Shown here: positions 30,414-41,209 of the stretch, one piece after another | How the letters are laid out: every line of letters begins with the position of its first letter | Position numbering within the stretch: the stretch's first letter is position 1 | Assembly (NCBI GenBank): GCA_963719315.1 | Contig: CAVRBU010000003.1 | Location: 1 to 64,000, forward strand | Direction of reading: 5' to 3' | Source of the DNA: an uncultured Planctomycetota bacterium | GTDB lineage: Bacteria > Planctomycetota > Planctomycetia > Pirellulales > Lacipirellulaceae | DNA: 64,000 nucleotides | Notes under the pieces: generated by a model | Told to the model about the DNA's origin: nothing | Database searches by the model: none | What the model saw: only the letters and a program-made list of their open reading frames with translations | Made by a program: the position numbers and the translations under genes

Positions 30414-31969
30414 CAGCCTGTTGAAGAAGTCTCCTTTGGATAGACTTTCGCTAACGACGGCATGGCGCTAAATTGTCGCCTGCGGTTGGCGTGGATGCCA
30501 GTGTAAGAGCGATTATTGTTTTGCTCAGGCATCCGCAGAGCCGAATTGAGGAGATCACGGATGGCGTTGGGACACCGCAACCAAGAGCAGCAGTCGTCCT
30601 TCTGGATCCCGGTGGACCAGTTGCCGCGGTCGGAAGGGCATGTGTTTTACGGCAAGCTCAATCAATTGCTGCGAGCAGCCGGCTTCGACGAGTTCGTCGA
30701 AAGGCTCTGTGAGCCGTACTACCACGAAACGATGGGGCGGCCCGGCATTCCGCCGGGCGTCTACTTCCGGATGCTGTTGGTGGGCTACTTCGAGGGCCTC
30801 GGCTCGCAGCGGGGCATCGCCTGGCGGTGTGCCGACAGTCTCAGCTTGCGAGAATTTCTGGGCGTCCCGCTCGGCGAAGAGACGCCTGACCATTCGAGCC
30901 TGACGCGGGTCCGCGACCGACTGCCGTTGTCGGTTCATCGGCAAGTATTCTGCTTCGTGCTCGAGGTGGCTGAGCAGCAAGGCCTGCTCGCCGGCAAGAC
31001 GGTGGGCGTCGACGCCACGACCCTGGAGGCCGACGCGGCCATGAAGAGCATCGTCAGGCGCGACACGGGCGAGGACTGGCAGGAGTATGTTCGGCGTCTG
31101 ATGCAGGAAGCAGGCCAGATCGAGCCGGGCGACGAACCCTCAGCCGAGGAGATTGCTCGGTTCGATCGCCAGCGCAAGGACAAAAAGGTCTCGAACCAAG
31201 AATGGCAGAGCGAAACCGACCCAGACAGCCGGATCACCCGGATGAAGGACGGCCGCACGCATCTGGCCTACAAGGCCGAACACGTCGTCGATCTGGACAC
31301 GGAGCTGATCCTGGCGGCCGAGATCTATCACGCCAACGCGGCCGACGTGGACACGATCGGCCCGAGCCTCAGCCAAGCGCAAGACAACTTGATTCAAGCC
31401 GACAGCGACGCGGACATCGAGGAGACGGTGGCGGACAAAGGCTACTCGGGGAACGAGACGCTGGCCGAATTGGAATTCACCGAGGGTCTACGAACGTACA
31501 TCGCCGAACCACAGCACGCGCATCGTCGCAATTGGAAAAACAAAGCGGACGAAGAGCGTCGGGCGGTGACGGGCAACCGCCGCCGGGTCAAAGGAAAGCG
31601 AGGACGTGCTCTACAGCGCGAGAGGAGTGAGAAGGTCGAGCGGAGTTTCGCCCACGTCTGCGAGACGGGCGGCAGTCGGCGAACGTGGCTGCATGGTATC
31701 GAGAAAGTGAGAAAGCGATACCTGACGTCGGCCATGGCACGCAATCTGGGCCTCGTCCTGCGCCACTTGTTCGGAATCGGCACGGCCAGGAGCCTGCAAG
31801 GGAACGGCGGGCTTGCCGACGCCTTGCATGTTGTGTTGTTTAACACCCTGGCCGCGCTGGAGCGTCTGCTGACGCCCACGCCGCCGACCGGCCGACAAAA
31901 ATCAACCATCAACCAACCGCTCGCGTTGGCTGCCTAAAATCACCAAATACCAACTTCTTCAACAGGCTG
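30414..31969 (+). mobile_element. IS1182/IS5-like element
   Basis: 17-bp TIR CAGCCTGTTGAAGAAGT / ACTTCTTCAACAGGCTG; CTAA on both flanks. Confidence 0.9.
30561..31937 (+). CDS. DDE transposase (DUF772-type N-terminus)
   Basis: GRPGIPP..YFRMLL, PDHSSL, VDAT, ADKGY, VERSFAH; GAGGAG RBS. Confidence 0.92.
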   Translation: MALGHRNQEQQSSFWIPVDQLPRSEGHVFYGKLNQLLRAAGFDEFVERLCEPYYHETMGRPGIPPGVYFRMLLVGYFEGLGSQRGIAWRCADSLSLREFLGVPLGEETPDHSSLTRVRDRLPLSVHRQVFCFVLEVAEQQGLLAGKTVGVDATTLEADAAMKSIVRRDTGEDWQEYVRRLMQEAGQIEPGDEPSAEEIARFDRQRKDKKVSNQEWQSETDPDSRITRMKDGRTHLAYKAEHVVDLDTELILAAEIYHANAADVDTIGPSLSQAQDNLIQADSDADIEETVADKGYSGNETLAELEFTEGLRTYIAEPQHAHRRNWKNKADEERRAVTGNRRRVKGKRGRALQRERSEKVERSFAHVCETGGSRRTWLHGIEKVRKRYLTSAMARNLGLVLRHLFGIGTARSLQGNGGLADALHVVLFNTLAALERLLTPTPPTGRQKSTINQPLALAA

Positions 31970-31973
31970 CTAA

Positions 31974-32099
31974 GCAGCCCCTTGAAAAAGTCTTTTAGGT
32001 AGGGGTTTCGCGAGCGCCGTCATGGCGCTAAATTGTCGGCGGCGGTTTGCGTGGCAGGCGTCGTTCTGGATCGCGACCGACGAGTTGCCGCGATCGGAG
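31974..32099 (+). mobile_element. Internally deleted left end of a related IS
   Basis: Homologous to 30414-30495 (CATGGCGCTAAATTGTCG), joined directly to sequence homologous to ~30590-30635. Confidence 0.75.
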
Positions 32100-32349
32100 A
32101 TGTAATTACAATTCGTTCTGCTCATGACTGCCGGGCGGATAAGATTGATGCCAATGCTGCACCCCGACTACCGCAACACCCTGGTCGCACACTTGCCCGC
32201 CTCGACCGCATGGAACGTGAGACCGATGATATTCTGAGCGGCCCAGCCGATACGGCGCTCGTGGCCCAAGCTGAAGAACTTCGCGAACTCATTGTCGAGA
32301 TGCGTGCGAGCGTTGAGGAGAAGCTGGACCGGATTACGGAGGCGTAGTG

Positions 32350-33926
32350 ATGTGCGGCCGCTTCACCTTGCGCACTCCGCTGTCGGTGCTAGTCGAGCAG
32401 TTCGCGATTAAATTGACGGCCGACCAGCAACTTCCGTTATTCGAGCCGCGGTACAACATTCCGCCGACTGTCGATATACCGGCTATCAGATTAACGGACC
32501 GTGCACGACGAATCGCATTCATGCGCTGGGGACTTCTGCCGGCGTGGACTAAAGACATCAAGCGTGCGCCCTGCTGAATAACGCTCGCGCTGAAACAGTC
32601 GCCGAAAAGCCTTCGTTTCGCTCTGCGTTCAAGAGTCGCCGCTGCCTGATTCCGGCCGATGGTTTTTACGAATGGAAACGCGAAGGGAAGGCAAAACAGC
32701 CGTACTACTTTCGTCGGCCGGATGAGCGGCCGTTTGCCTTCGCCGGTCTCTGGGAACAGTGGAATAAGATTGAGGACCTATCCCAAAATACGTGAACGGG
32801 TGTTATTTCCGTGCGTAGGAAAAGGTGAGGAATGGTTTCCGTTCGAATCTCGTCTTTGCTTGCACGGAGGTGTACATGCACTGCGATTGGCAGGGCAAAT
32901 TTGCTTGGATGCCCGAAAAGCTTTGGCGGCAGCTTGAACCCTTGCTGCCGAAGTATCCGCGATCCACGAAGGTTGGGCGACCCCGCGCGAATCTGCGCCG
33001 TTGCCAGCGGCATTCTTTATCTGTTGCGCACCGGCTGCCAGTGGAAGGCGCTGCCGCCACAATTTGGCAGCCCCAGTACCGTTCATCGCTATTTCCAAGA
33101 GTGGACTCGCCTGGGTATTTGGCAACGGTTTTGGAAACGGGTGCTGGGGAAGTACGATCAGAAGCGCGGCATCGCTTGGCGCTGGCAGTCGGTGGACGGC
33201 GCGACAACTAAGTCGCCGCTGGGAGGGGAAAAAAACCGGGAAAAACCCCACCGATCGAGGTAAGCTCGGAGTCAAGCGATCGGTCTTGACCGACGCCCGC
33301 GGCGTTCCTCTGGGCGTCGCGATTGACGGCGCCAATGCTCACGACCAACGTCTTCTGCGCGACACGCTTCGCTCCATCCCGATTCGACGACCCAGCCGTC
33401 GGCGCAAGCAGCACCTGTGTCTCGACAAGGGATACTTTGGCGAACCGTCGACAGCTACGGCGAATCGTTTCGGGTACGTGCCTCACATCCGCTGCCGTGG
33501 CGAGGAGCAGCGTCGCTGTCGCGCCGGCCACAAAGCTCGACGCTGGGTTGTCGAAGCCGCGCATTCTTGGACCAACCGCGCCCGCAGGCTCCTGATCCGT
33601 TGGGAAAAGAAGGCGGCTAACTATCTTGGGTTCGTTCATCTACAATTCGCCCTCATCGCCTTAAGGCGATGTGGAATTTTGGGATAGGTCCTGAATCTTG
33701 TACGATCATTACGACGGAAGCCAACGAAGTGATGTCACCAATTCACGATCGCATGCCGGTCATACTTAGCCGAAACGACTACACCGTATGGCTCGACCCA
33801 GCGGCGATAGATCCTGGGAAGCTGCTGACGCCATGCCCGGCGGACGAATTGATATGCTATCCAGTGAACCCCGTGGTCAACAACGCTCGCAACCAGGGGG
33901 CACAGTGCATCGAGGCCGTTGAATGA
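32350..33926 (+). pseudogene. SOS response-associated peptidase (SRAP/YedK/HMCES), split by IS5
   Basis: MCGRF start, RYNIPP, RWGL, NARAE, DGFYEW; after the IS, SCTIITT..N...IHDRMPVIL. Confidence 0.92.
32774..33691 (+). mobile_element. IS5-family element, copy 3
   Basis: Same TIRs as copies 1 and 2; TGA target duplication (32771-32773, 33692-33694). Confidence 0.93.
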
Positions 33927-34378
33927 GATTCCGCAAGCTGCGAATCGCGTGGTCGGTGGGGTGGGGCGTGGTAGCCGTGCTGCTGTGTGTTCTGTGGGTG
34001 CGGAGTTACCAAATAGCCGACATCGTGTCGGGGCATATCACGACTTTCAAAACCTTCAGTTTAACGTCGGACAAAGGGCGGTTTCTCGCATGGCTTAACA
34101 CGGCTGCCCCTATCCTTCGTCCTTCTGCTCATTGGCACATGACTTACGTTCCTGGTGTTGTGAGCTGGAAACTTTGGACGTATGGCAAGTTGCCTGTTCC
34201 TTATGCCGGTTGGTACATCCATGCACCTCAAGGGCTGTTCGTATTGTTGGCAGCCGCACTCGCCATAACTCCGTGGATATCGTGGCCTAACCGCTTCAGC
34301 CTCCGAACTTTGCTGATCGCCATGACGCTAATCGCGGTGGTGATGGGGGCGGCTGCTATGATGTTGAGAGGAAGCTGA
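33923..34378 (+). CDS. Membrane protein with a C-terminal RFSLRTLL motif
   Basis: Three hydrophobic segments; LWVRSY; RFSLRTLLIAMTL. Confidence 0.75.
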   Translation: MRFRKLRIAWSVGWGVVAVLLCVLWVRSYQIADIVSGHITTFKTFSLTSDKGRFLAWLNTAAPILRPSAHWHMTYVPGVVSWKLWTYGKLPVPYAGWYIHAPQGLFVLLAAALAITPWISWPNRFSLRTLLIAMTLIAVVMGAAAMMLRGS

Positions 34379-34414
34379 GGGAGGCGCGGTAGGATGGTGG
34401 CAACTGATAGCTCC

Positions 34415-34559
34415 ATGACTGACACAACTCGCTCTCGCTGGTTTTCGTTTAGGCTTCGTACGCTGCTGGCAGTAATGACCGGCTGCGCCTTCGTTGCTTT
34501 TGTTGCGCAATGGATACTTTCACAGGCGGGCGGCGTGCGAACTGCCATCCTGGTCATAC
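34415..34559 (+). pseudogene. N-terminus of an FRLRTLL-motif protein truncated by IS3
   Basis: MTDTTRSRWFSFRLRTLLAVMTGCAFVAF runs into the IS left end. Confidence 0.55.
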
Positions 34560-35844
34560 TGAGGTGCCCCTTCAAACGAGTCCACGACCTGATCCAATCA
34601 GGTTCAGGACACAACCGAAGGAGGGCATTCGATGCCACGAGCGAAGAAGCATTCTGCGGAAGAGATCATCCCAAAGCTCCGCGCAGCGGAGCTGGAGATC
34701 GCCAAGGGCCGGACAGCGGCCGAAGCCGCCAAGAAGATCGGTTTCACAGAGCAGACGTACTATCGTTGGCGAAAAGAGTACGGTGGACTGCGGACCGACC
34801 AAGCGAAGCGGCTGAAGGAACTGGAGAAAGAGAACTCTCGGCTGAAGCGACTCTTGGCTGATGCGGAGTTGGATATGGCGATCTTGCGAGAGGCCGCCTC
34901 GGGAAACTTCTGAGCCCGGCGAAGCGGCGGCAAGCAGTGGAGTATGTCCGAGATGCGCTCGGACGCCACTGTGTGACCGAACGCCGGGCGTGCCGCATCT
35001 TGGAACAGCCGCGTTCAACCCAGCGTCGCTGTCGGCATGTTCCGAGTGACGAGCCGCGATTAATAAGACGAATCGTCGAACTGGCGACGGAGTATGGCCG
35101 CTACGGCTACCGTCGCGTTACGGCGCTATTGCATCGGGAGGGTTGGCAAGTGAATCACAAATGTGTCGAGCGGATCTGGCGTCAAGAAGGGTTGAAAGTC
35201 CCGCAGAAGCAGCCGAAGTGTCGGCGGCTTTGGTTAAATGATGGTTCCTGTGTGCGTCTCAGGGCCACTCATCGGAATCACGTCTGGAGCTACGACTTCG
35301 TCGCGGATTGTACGACCGATGGTCGATCGTTTCGGATGCTGGTGATCATCGATGAGCATACGCGGGAGTGCCTGGCGATTGATGTGGCGCGGAAGCTCGC
35401 GAGCGAGGACTTACTGGAGCGGTTGAGTGATCTGTTCATCCGCCGCGGCGTGCCCGACTATGTCCGCAGTGACAACGGTCCCGAGTTCACGGCCCACCGT
35501 GTTCGAGATTGGCTCCAGACCGTCGAGGTGAAGACCTTGTTCATCGAACCTGGTTCACCCTGGAAGAACGGCTATGTTGAATCGTTCAACGGCAAGCTTC
35601 GTGACGAACTGCTTAACCGTGAAGTCTTCGACACGTTGCTCGAAGCGAAGGTGCTCATCGAGCGCTGGCGGACGGCGTACAACACGGTCCGACCACACAG
35701 TTCGTTGGGCTACCAACCACCAGCGCCGGAAGCGACCCAGCCCTGTTCGCTCGCTTCGGCTACGCCTCAGCAAGCGAACAGGGCTGGTCTGTTGGAAATC
35801 CCAACCCTAACTTAGAGACTGGTTCCTTACCCGGGGGCGCCTCA
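34560..35844 (+). mobile_element. IS3-family element (orfA 34632-34913, orfB to 35815)
   Basis: TG...CA ends (TGAGGTGCCCC / GGGGGCGCCTCA); GGGAAAC slip site; YGYRR, WSYDF, SDNGPEF, RPHSSLGY; no exact TSD. Confidence 0.92.
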
Positions 35845-36305
35845 ATGCCGGAGTCAGCAAGGACACGGTAAACCGGGTCAGTTCCAATACCGCGGCCCGA
35901 ATCTTCGCAGAGACGATGCCACGGACCGGAAACAAACCCCTTCAATTGTTCACCGAAGGGGAGACTCTCCGCTCCATCCACGGCACGAGTTACACCCGCG
36001 TCTACGACGCGGATCTCGTGTCGCTGTTGCGGGAATTCGCCGTTGATTTTCAGCCGCCGCAACGCGGCATGAACGGTGCGACCGGGCTCTATTGCGGTGA
36101 GCAGGACATGTTCTGCTTTCTCATAGACCCGGCAGGCTGGACGGAAATCGACGGTGAGGCCTTCGCCCCCGGCTTCTTCCTTTGGAACAGCGAGGTCGGA
36201 CGCCGCTCGCTGGGCATTCAGACTTTTTGGTTCCAGGCAGTCTGCCAGAACCACATCGTCTGGGATGCCGTGGAAGTTGCCGAGTTCAAGCGAAAGCACA
36301 CGGTT
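35845..36305 (+). pseudogene. DUF932-like fragment (mobile-element-associated protein)
   Basis: GLYCGEQDMFCFL, GFFLWNSEVG, VCQNHIVW, KHT; truncated at both ends. Confidence 0.65.
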
Positions 36306-36580
36306 ACGGAAAGCGATTGCCAAAACTCGTTATCGCGTGACAGTGCCGTTTATCGACCCTTTGATGAAAGTGGTGACTTGCCGGCACGAGGTTCATTCCC
36401 AAAGGTAAGATTCGTTTTTCATATCGCGTCGAGCGAAATAACTCAGGTACCCAAGGCAGATGAGGTGCCGGGGCGTGGTTCAGTTTTCTGACCCCGTGGG
36501 GCCCCCCGGCAAGGTTCGATCACGGCTCAAGCGCAGCAAACCTGCCAACGCCACCCGCCGCTGCATATGTCACGTCCCTT

Positions 36581-36907
36581 TTAGTCGTCGTGCTCGATCG
36601 GTCTTTCGCTAATGTCAAAGACCAGGTCCACAACTTTGGCCTCAAACCAGTCTCGGAATAATGCCATCGTTCGAGGCGTCGGCCAGTCGGTGATGTCCCG
36701 ATGCCAGGCTTCCAATTGCTCCTCAAAGATCGAGGCGAAGCATCGTCGCAGAATGCGGTTCGGCTCCTCATCCTCTCCAGCTTCGACGAGATAGACCGAA
36801 GTCCACGCCTCGGTGGTTTCCGGCATCCCGCCTTCGAGCGAACGAGCCCATTCAAAGAACGGCGCCTTTGGTCGGACTACAACAGCGGCACGGTTGATGG
36901 AATGCAC
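36581..36907 (-). CDS. Conserved-type hypothetical protein
   Basis: INRAAVVVRPKAPFFEW...IFEEQLEAW...WP..RT...FRDWF; GAG upstream. Confidence 0.7.
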   Translation of the reverse strand: MHSINRAAVVVRPKAPFFEWARSLEGGMPETTEAWTSVYLVEAGEDEEPNRILRRCFASIFEEQLEAWHRDITDWPTPRTMALFRDWFEAKVVDLVFDISERPIEHDD

Positions 36908-37404
36908 AACTCAGGTCCGCCAATGGAATGCACGGTCACTCGGCCAAGCGTACCAAATGCCAGCCAATGCGAACACGTGCTGGATACGGCGGTGTATGTT
37001 AAATTCGGACAACCAAAACAAACTGTGCCTAAGATGGCGGCTGTTCCCGCGTCCCTCTCCGGCAAACCATCGTCGCCAAGTACCTATTGGGAATTGCGGG
37101 AGCGCCGGAGAGGTTCAGCCCGTGCCACTGGCCGCCCGCACCATCGCCAGGATGCCCGCCCTTAGCGCGTCGGGCAGACTTGGCCACGCTTCGACCAGGG
37201 CCGTCAATTCAGGGTCAAACGGGCCGTTCCGCACGCCAAGTGCGCCGCTTTCTGCGCCGCGCTCGACTGAACCTATTGAATTCTCCGGGTTCTGCGCATA
37301 TGTTCGGTTCCTGTCACCCCCAGTTGTTTTTTGAGTTAACTTTCGCACGACCGCATTGTTGGCTGATTCGTGCAGTTCATCATTTACTTTGAGCGGAGCC
37401 TACG

Positions 37405-37608
37405 ATGGCTGGTCAGGGGTCGAGTGGAAATGTTCTGGCTGCTTTGTGTAGCTTCTTTATTCCTGGGTTAGGACAATTGCTGCAGGGTCGCCTGCTGGCC
37501 GCGATCATTCAGTTTGTGCTTGCCGCCGCGCTTTGGTTTATCTTTCTGGGATGGATCGTCCATATTTGGTCGATCATCGACGCCGCGAGGTTTAACCCGC
37601 CGGCGTAG
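37405..37608 (+). CDS. Small membrane protein
   Basis: GGAG RBS; LAALCSFFIPGLGQL..GR; hydrophobic. Confidence 0.8.
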   Translation: MAGQGSSGNVLAALCSFFIPGLGQLLQGRLLAAIIQFVLAAALWFIFLGWIVHIWSIIDAARFNPPA

Positions 37609-37858
37609 TATGCCGCGGCTTTACACGACACTGGCTCGGGTCGGATCCGGCACGATCCTTTCGGTCGGTCTTTCCTCATTTCAACCAGAGGCCGACGGAT
37701 CGCGTCCCTTACGGTCGGCGCCCTTCGCGCAACACTCGCCGGCAGCTCGCCACACGGTTTCGCTCGCGCCGGCGACCGGGTAGAATGGCCGCGGCGGTCA
37801 TACCTCGAACCTTTGGCTCGGGGTCAGCCTCCTTAACATCCTTCAAGCTTTTGGCTTG

Positions 37859-37931
<73 letters not shown>

Positions 37932-38285
37932 GTTTTTTCTGGCGTTCTGCGCGCGTCGCTGGCGAGCGGCACGGGTGGAAGTAGGCGTAGGGAACGCTGC
38001 GTGTTTTGTGCTTCCTCTTTGACGCGATTCGGACAAGACATCGCGAAAGCCGAGCGGCGTGCAGTTTTGCGCGAAGGGGTTCGCGCAATGGAAGTCGCAA
38101 GTCGTTGGGCAGCAAGGGAGTCCGATTGTGCGGACGCGTGAAATTTTTTTTTCGCGTGCAAAAGTCCTCCTTTTTGCGCGGCGCTCGAGACGGCAAACCG
38201 CTGGAAATCCAGTGGTTTGGGCGTGCGAGGGTCGTGCAATAGTGGGTGAGTTTGCTCTCTAAGAAGCTGGAATCTGGCAGGATTT

Positions 38286-38453
38286 AGCTGTCAGCTTTTA
38301 GCTCTTAGCTATTAGCCAGAACAATCGAGCCTGTAAAATGTGGCGTTTTCCGCTATTCCAGTCCTTCGGCCAACTCTGGGCAAAAAGGCGCGAGCGCGTC
38401 GGGAGACCGCGCGCAACCTCTGGCTGATAGCTAACAGCTAATGGCCAACAGCT
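38286..38453. repeat. Inverted arrays of AGCT-containing heptamers
   Basis: AGCTGTC AGCTTTT AGCTCTT AGCTATT AGCCAGA ... TCTGGCT GATAGCT AACAGCT. Confidence 0.75.
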
Positions 38454-38823
38454 TGCTCTAGATTTTCAAGGAGCAAACGCCGTCGCAATGCAGCGTGCTC
38501 GGACTGTAGCATTTTTTAGCCGGCGATTCCACAATTATTTTTGGCCGCGCTGCGATTCATCTTTCATCGCGTTGCGGAGCGTGGCTAGCTTTTCGTTTCC
38601 TCCCAAGGGACTTCTCGCATTACGGCTGAAGCCATCGCCGCGAGAAGCCCTGCAAACAGGGCTTGGTGCTGCTCGGTTGGCCCCCACCAACCCGTCGTGA
38701 ACGACGGGCCTAAGACCACCTTCGGTGGAAAGAGCCGTGAACGGCTCTGCAATCCGCTAAACTGTTATGGAAAACCAAATGAGGTCAGAACTTCTGACGC
38801 CTTTATTAACGATGGCGTCAGGA

Positions 38824-39207
38824 TCAGATACGTTGGACAAAAACGGCCCCGCAGTCGTAGCAGGACTCGTCGAGGCGGCAGCACCGGACGACTTCTACCT
38901 GAAACTCTCGAATCTCAGGAAGCCGGAGGTGAACACGGAGCTTGGGCAACAACTGAATCGGAGAGAAAAAGCGAATGCCGCTTCGCGAGGCGTCGACCGT
39001 ATAGGCGCCGAGATACTTCTCGTCCAAGCGGAGGATCGCTTTTCCGCGCAGATAGAAGCGCGGGTAGGCGCGACGGCATCCCACTCGGGCTGGCAGCGGT
39101 CCTTCTCGCTGGAAAAAGTCCGTCATTTGCGCGGGGATACGGGCGGTCAACTCGACCTGATCCCAGAACGCATCGGCTACTCTTTGCTCATGGCCGAGAT
39201 CCAACAT
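38824..39207 (-). CDS. PilZ-domain protein
   Basis: RRAYPR (RxxxR) and DASRSG (DxSxxG) c-di-GMP-binding motifs. Confidence 0.8.
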   Translation of the reverse strand: MLDLGHEQRVADAFWDQVELTARIPAQMTDFFQREGPLPARVGCRRAYPRFYLRGKAILRLDEKYLGAYTVDASRSGIRFFSPIQLLPKLRVHLRLPEIREFQVEVVRCCRLDESCYDCGAVFVQRI

Positions 39208-40166
39208 TCTAAAACCTCTCGATCGAATTGGGTTCCCGCATGGCGCCGCTGGTAGGCGAGGACGGATTGCGCGCTGGCGGGGCGGCGATATGGCCGACTG
39301 GCTGTCATCGCCTCGAACACATCGACGACGGTCAGCAGCTTCGCCCACGGATGGATTTCGTTCCCCAGAATTCTGACGGGATAGCCTGTGCCGTCGATGC
39401 GCTCGTGGTGCTGGTAGACCATCATCAACTGTCCGAAACCAAGTCCAGGCCGGTCACACAATTCCACATATCCGCGTTGCGGGTGAGATTCGCAGATTTC
39501 GCGTTCCTCCTGGTCGAGCCGGCCGGTCTTCGCGAGGATACTGGCGGGAATGAAACGCTTGCCGATGTCGTGGAGCAAGGCGCCTGCGGCAATTTGTTCC
39601 AATTCCTGGCGGTCCGTCACCCCCAACCGCTCGGCCAGGATCGCGCTGTAGCTGGCCACGTTGGTGACGTGGGTAAAGGTACGGAAATCGTGCCGGGCGA
39701 TGCGAAACAAATCACGCGGCAGCACGTCGCTGGCCGCCAGCAAGCCTACAATTTGACGGCCGACTTTTTCCGCTAGTGAGAGGAATTTTCCGCAGTCGAC
39801 CAGCCGTAGCGAGTGTTCGATTTCGACCGCGACGGCCACTTGCAGTGCGGAAAACTTCTCGGTCTGGGGGACCGCCTCCCGGTGGAGGTACGACTCGATC
39901 GATTCGAGCAAGTCGCTGCCAAAGTGATGGAAATCGTTGTTGCAGATAAAGATGTGCTCGATGCCGGCGTCGGCTAGTTCGGCGAGGTGCTGCGGATCGA
40001 GTTCGCGACCTGCCCGACAGTATAAAGCCGGCGGGCCGTGCGACTCATATTGCACGAATAGGTCGACGGCGGCAGAGTTGACTGAATGCAGCGTGTTGAG
40101 CCGCACCGACACGAAACCGTCGGGGGAATTCGCAGCGTCGTACTTCGCCGCCAGCGCAGGACGCAT
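39177..40166 (-). CDS. HD-GYP phosphodiesterase
   Basis: LLHDIGK, HHERIDGTGYP, RPYR; start uncertain (ORF extends to 40238). Confidence 0.92.
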   Translation of the reverse strand: MRPALAAKYDAANSPDGFVSVRLNTLHSVNSAAVDLFVQYESHGPPALYCRAGRELDPQHLAELADAGIEHIFICNNDFHHFGSDLLESIESYLHREAVPQTEKFSALQVAVAVEIEHSLRLVDCGKFLSLAEKVGRQIVGLLAASDVLPRDLFRIARHDFRTFTHVTNVASYSAILAERLGVTDRQELEQIAAGALLHDIGKRFIPASILAKTGRLDQEEREICESHPQRGYVELCDRPGLGFGQLMMVYQHHERIDGTGYPVRILGNEIHPWAKLLTVVDVFEAMTASRPYRRPASAQSVLAYQRRHAGTQFDREVLECWISAMSKE

Positions 40167-40469
40167 CGGTCGCTCCCATGTCGAATCTAGATCCCCAATC
40201 TCTCCACGGGGGTCCGCCGGAACACCCGTTCTTAACACCGTAATAGTCTAGGACACAACGGGGGGCACGCGCCCGCCCTACGTTATGGGAAAGCGGCCCG
40301 GATGTTGGAGGCACGTATGGCGGTCGCGCGGGTTCCACACCCACTTGGAGCGATCATGCCGGTGACGCAAATCGCAACGGCAGTATCGGTCGAGCCGGGG
40401 TGATTCGCCAAAAGACAATGGAATCGGATCGACAGGCTGATCGCAACGAAGACGAATAGGAATTCGCGC

Positions 40470-40602
40470 TAGTGCTTTGTCACAGCTTGATTTTGGGATT
40501 AGCCGCGGGGCGCTAGCCCCCGGTTGGAGCGGCACAAACCGGGGGCTAGCGCCCTGCGGCTGATGCGCCCAACCCCAATTTTTAGCTGTGACAAAGCACT
40601 AG
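40470..40602 (+). mobile_element. 133-bp MITE-like element, copy 1
   Basis: Terminal TAGTGCTTTGTCA / TGACAAAGCACTA(G) inverted repeats plus an internal long palindrome. Confidence 0.85.
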
Positions 40603-40703
40603 GCGTGGCTACCAAGACAGGGAGTTGAAACTCCGCAGTTGACGTTTTCGATTACTGGCGAACTGACCCGGCACTACTTCGCCTGATTCCATCATTGAAC
40701 CGG

Positions 40704-40949
40704 TCAGCATTTGCTGGTTGGTTGGTTCTGAATCACTTTGAGGAGTTCGGCCTCGGTGCGCCGGCGGCCTAGGAGTTCCCAATCGTCGGTGGCTTGTCGC
40801 TTGACGCTGAGCACGAGCCAGGCGCCGACATCGAGCACGCCCGGACGGTCTTGGACGGCTTGCGAAACAATCGACACGTCGGCGAAGCCTTTGGCGATTG
40901 CGGCGGCACGGATTGGGTCGTTAGTTGATTCGGGGGAATTGGTCGTCAT
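40704..40949 (-). CDS. Small hypothetical protein
   Basis: 81-aa ORF with GGAGA RBS. Confidence 0.55.
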   Translation of the reverse strand: MTTNSPESTNDPIRAAAIAKGFADVSIVSQAVQDRPGVLDVGAWLVLSVKRQATDDWELLGRRRTEAELLKVIQNQPTSKC

Positions 40950-41209
40950 TCTGTCTCCGGTTTTTTGCAGCTCTTATTGTATTGGAAAGTCCTTCATCAT
41001 AGCACATTTGGTCGCCGCCTGCCTCCGCATTTGTGACGAGCCTCAGGGCCTATCAGATTCGTGGTGGGTCTCGCAACTCGCCCCACCCTACAAGCAGGGC
41101 CATTCATTTGTTGAATCTGGGGAAAGAATGGCCCTGGGCGAAATATGAGGGCTCTGGATGCGCGGCGAAGAATCCGAGAGAATGGCGGTCCATCCCCGGA
41201 GTTAAACCC

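Noticed and set aside
32148..32347. Small helical ORF upstream of SRAP
   Set aside because: Needs an assumed frameshift and has no recognisable family; left uncalled.
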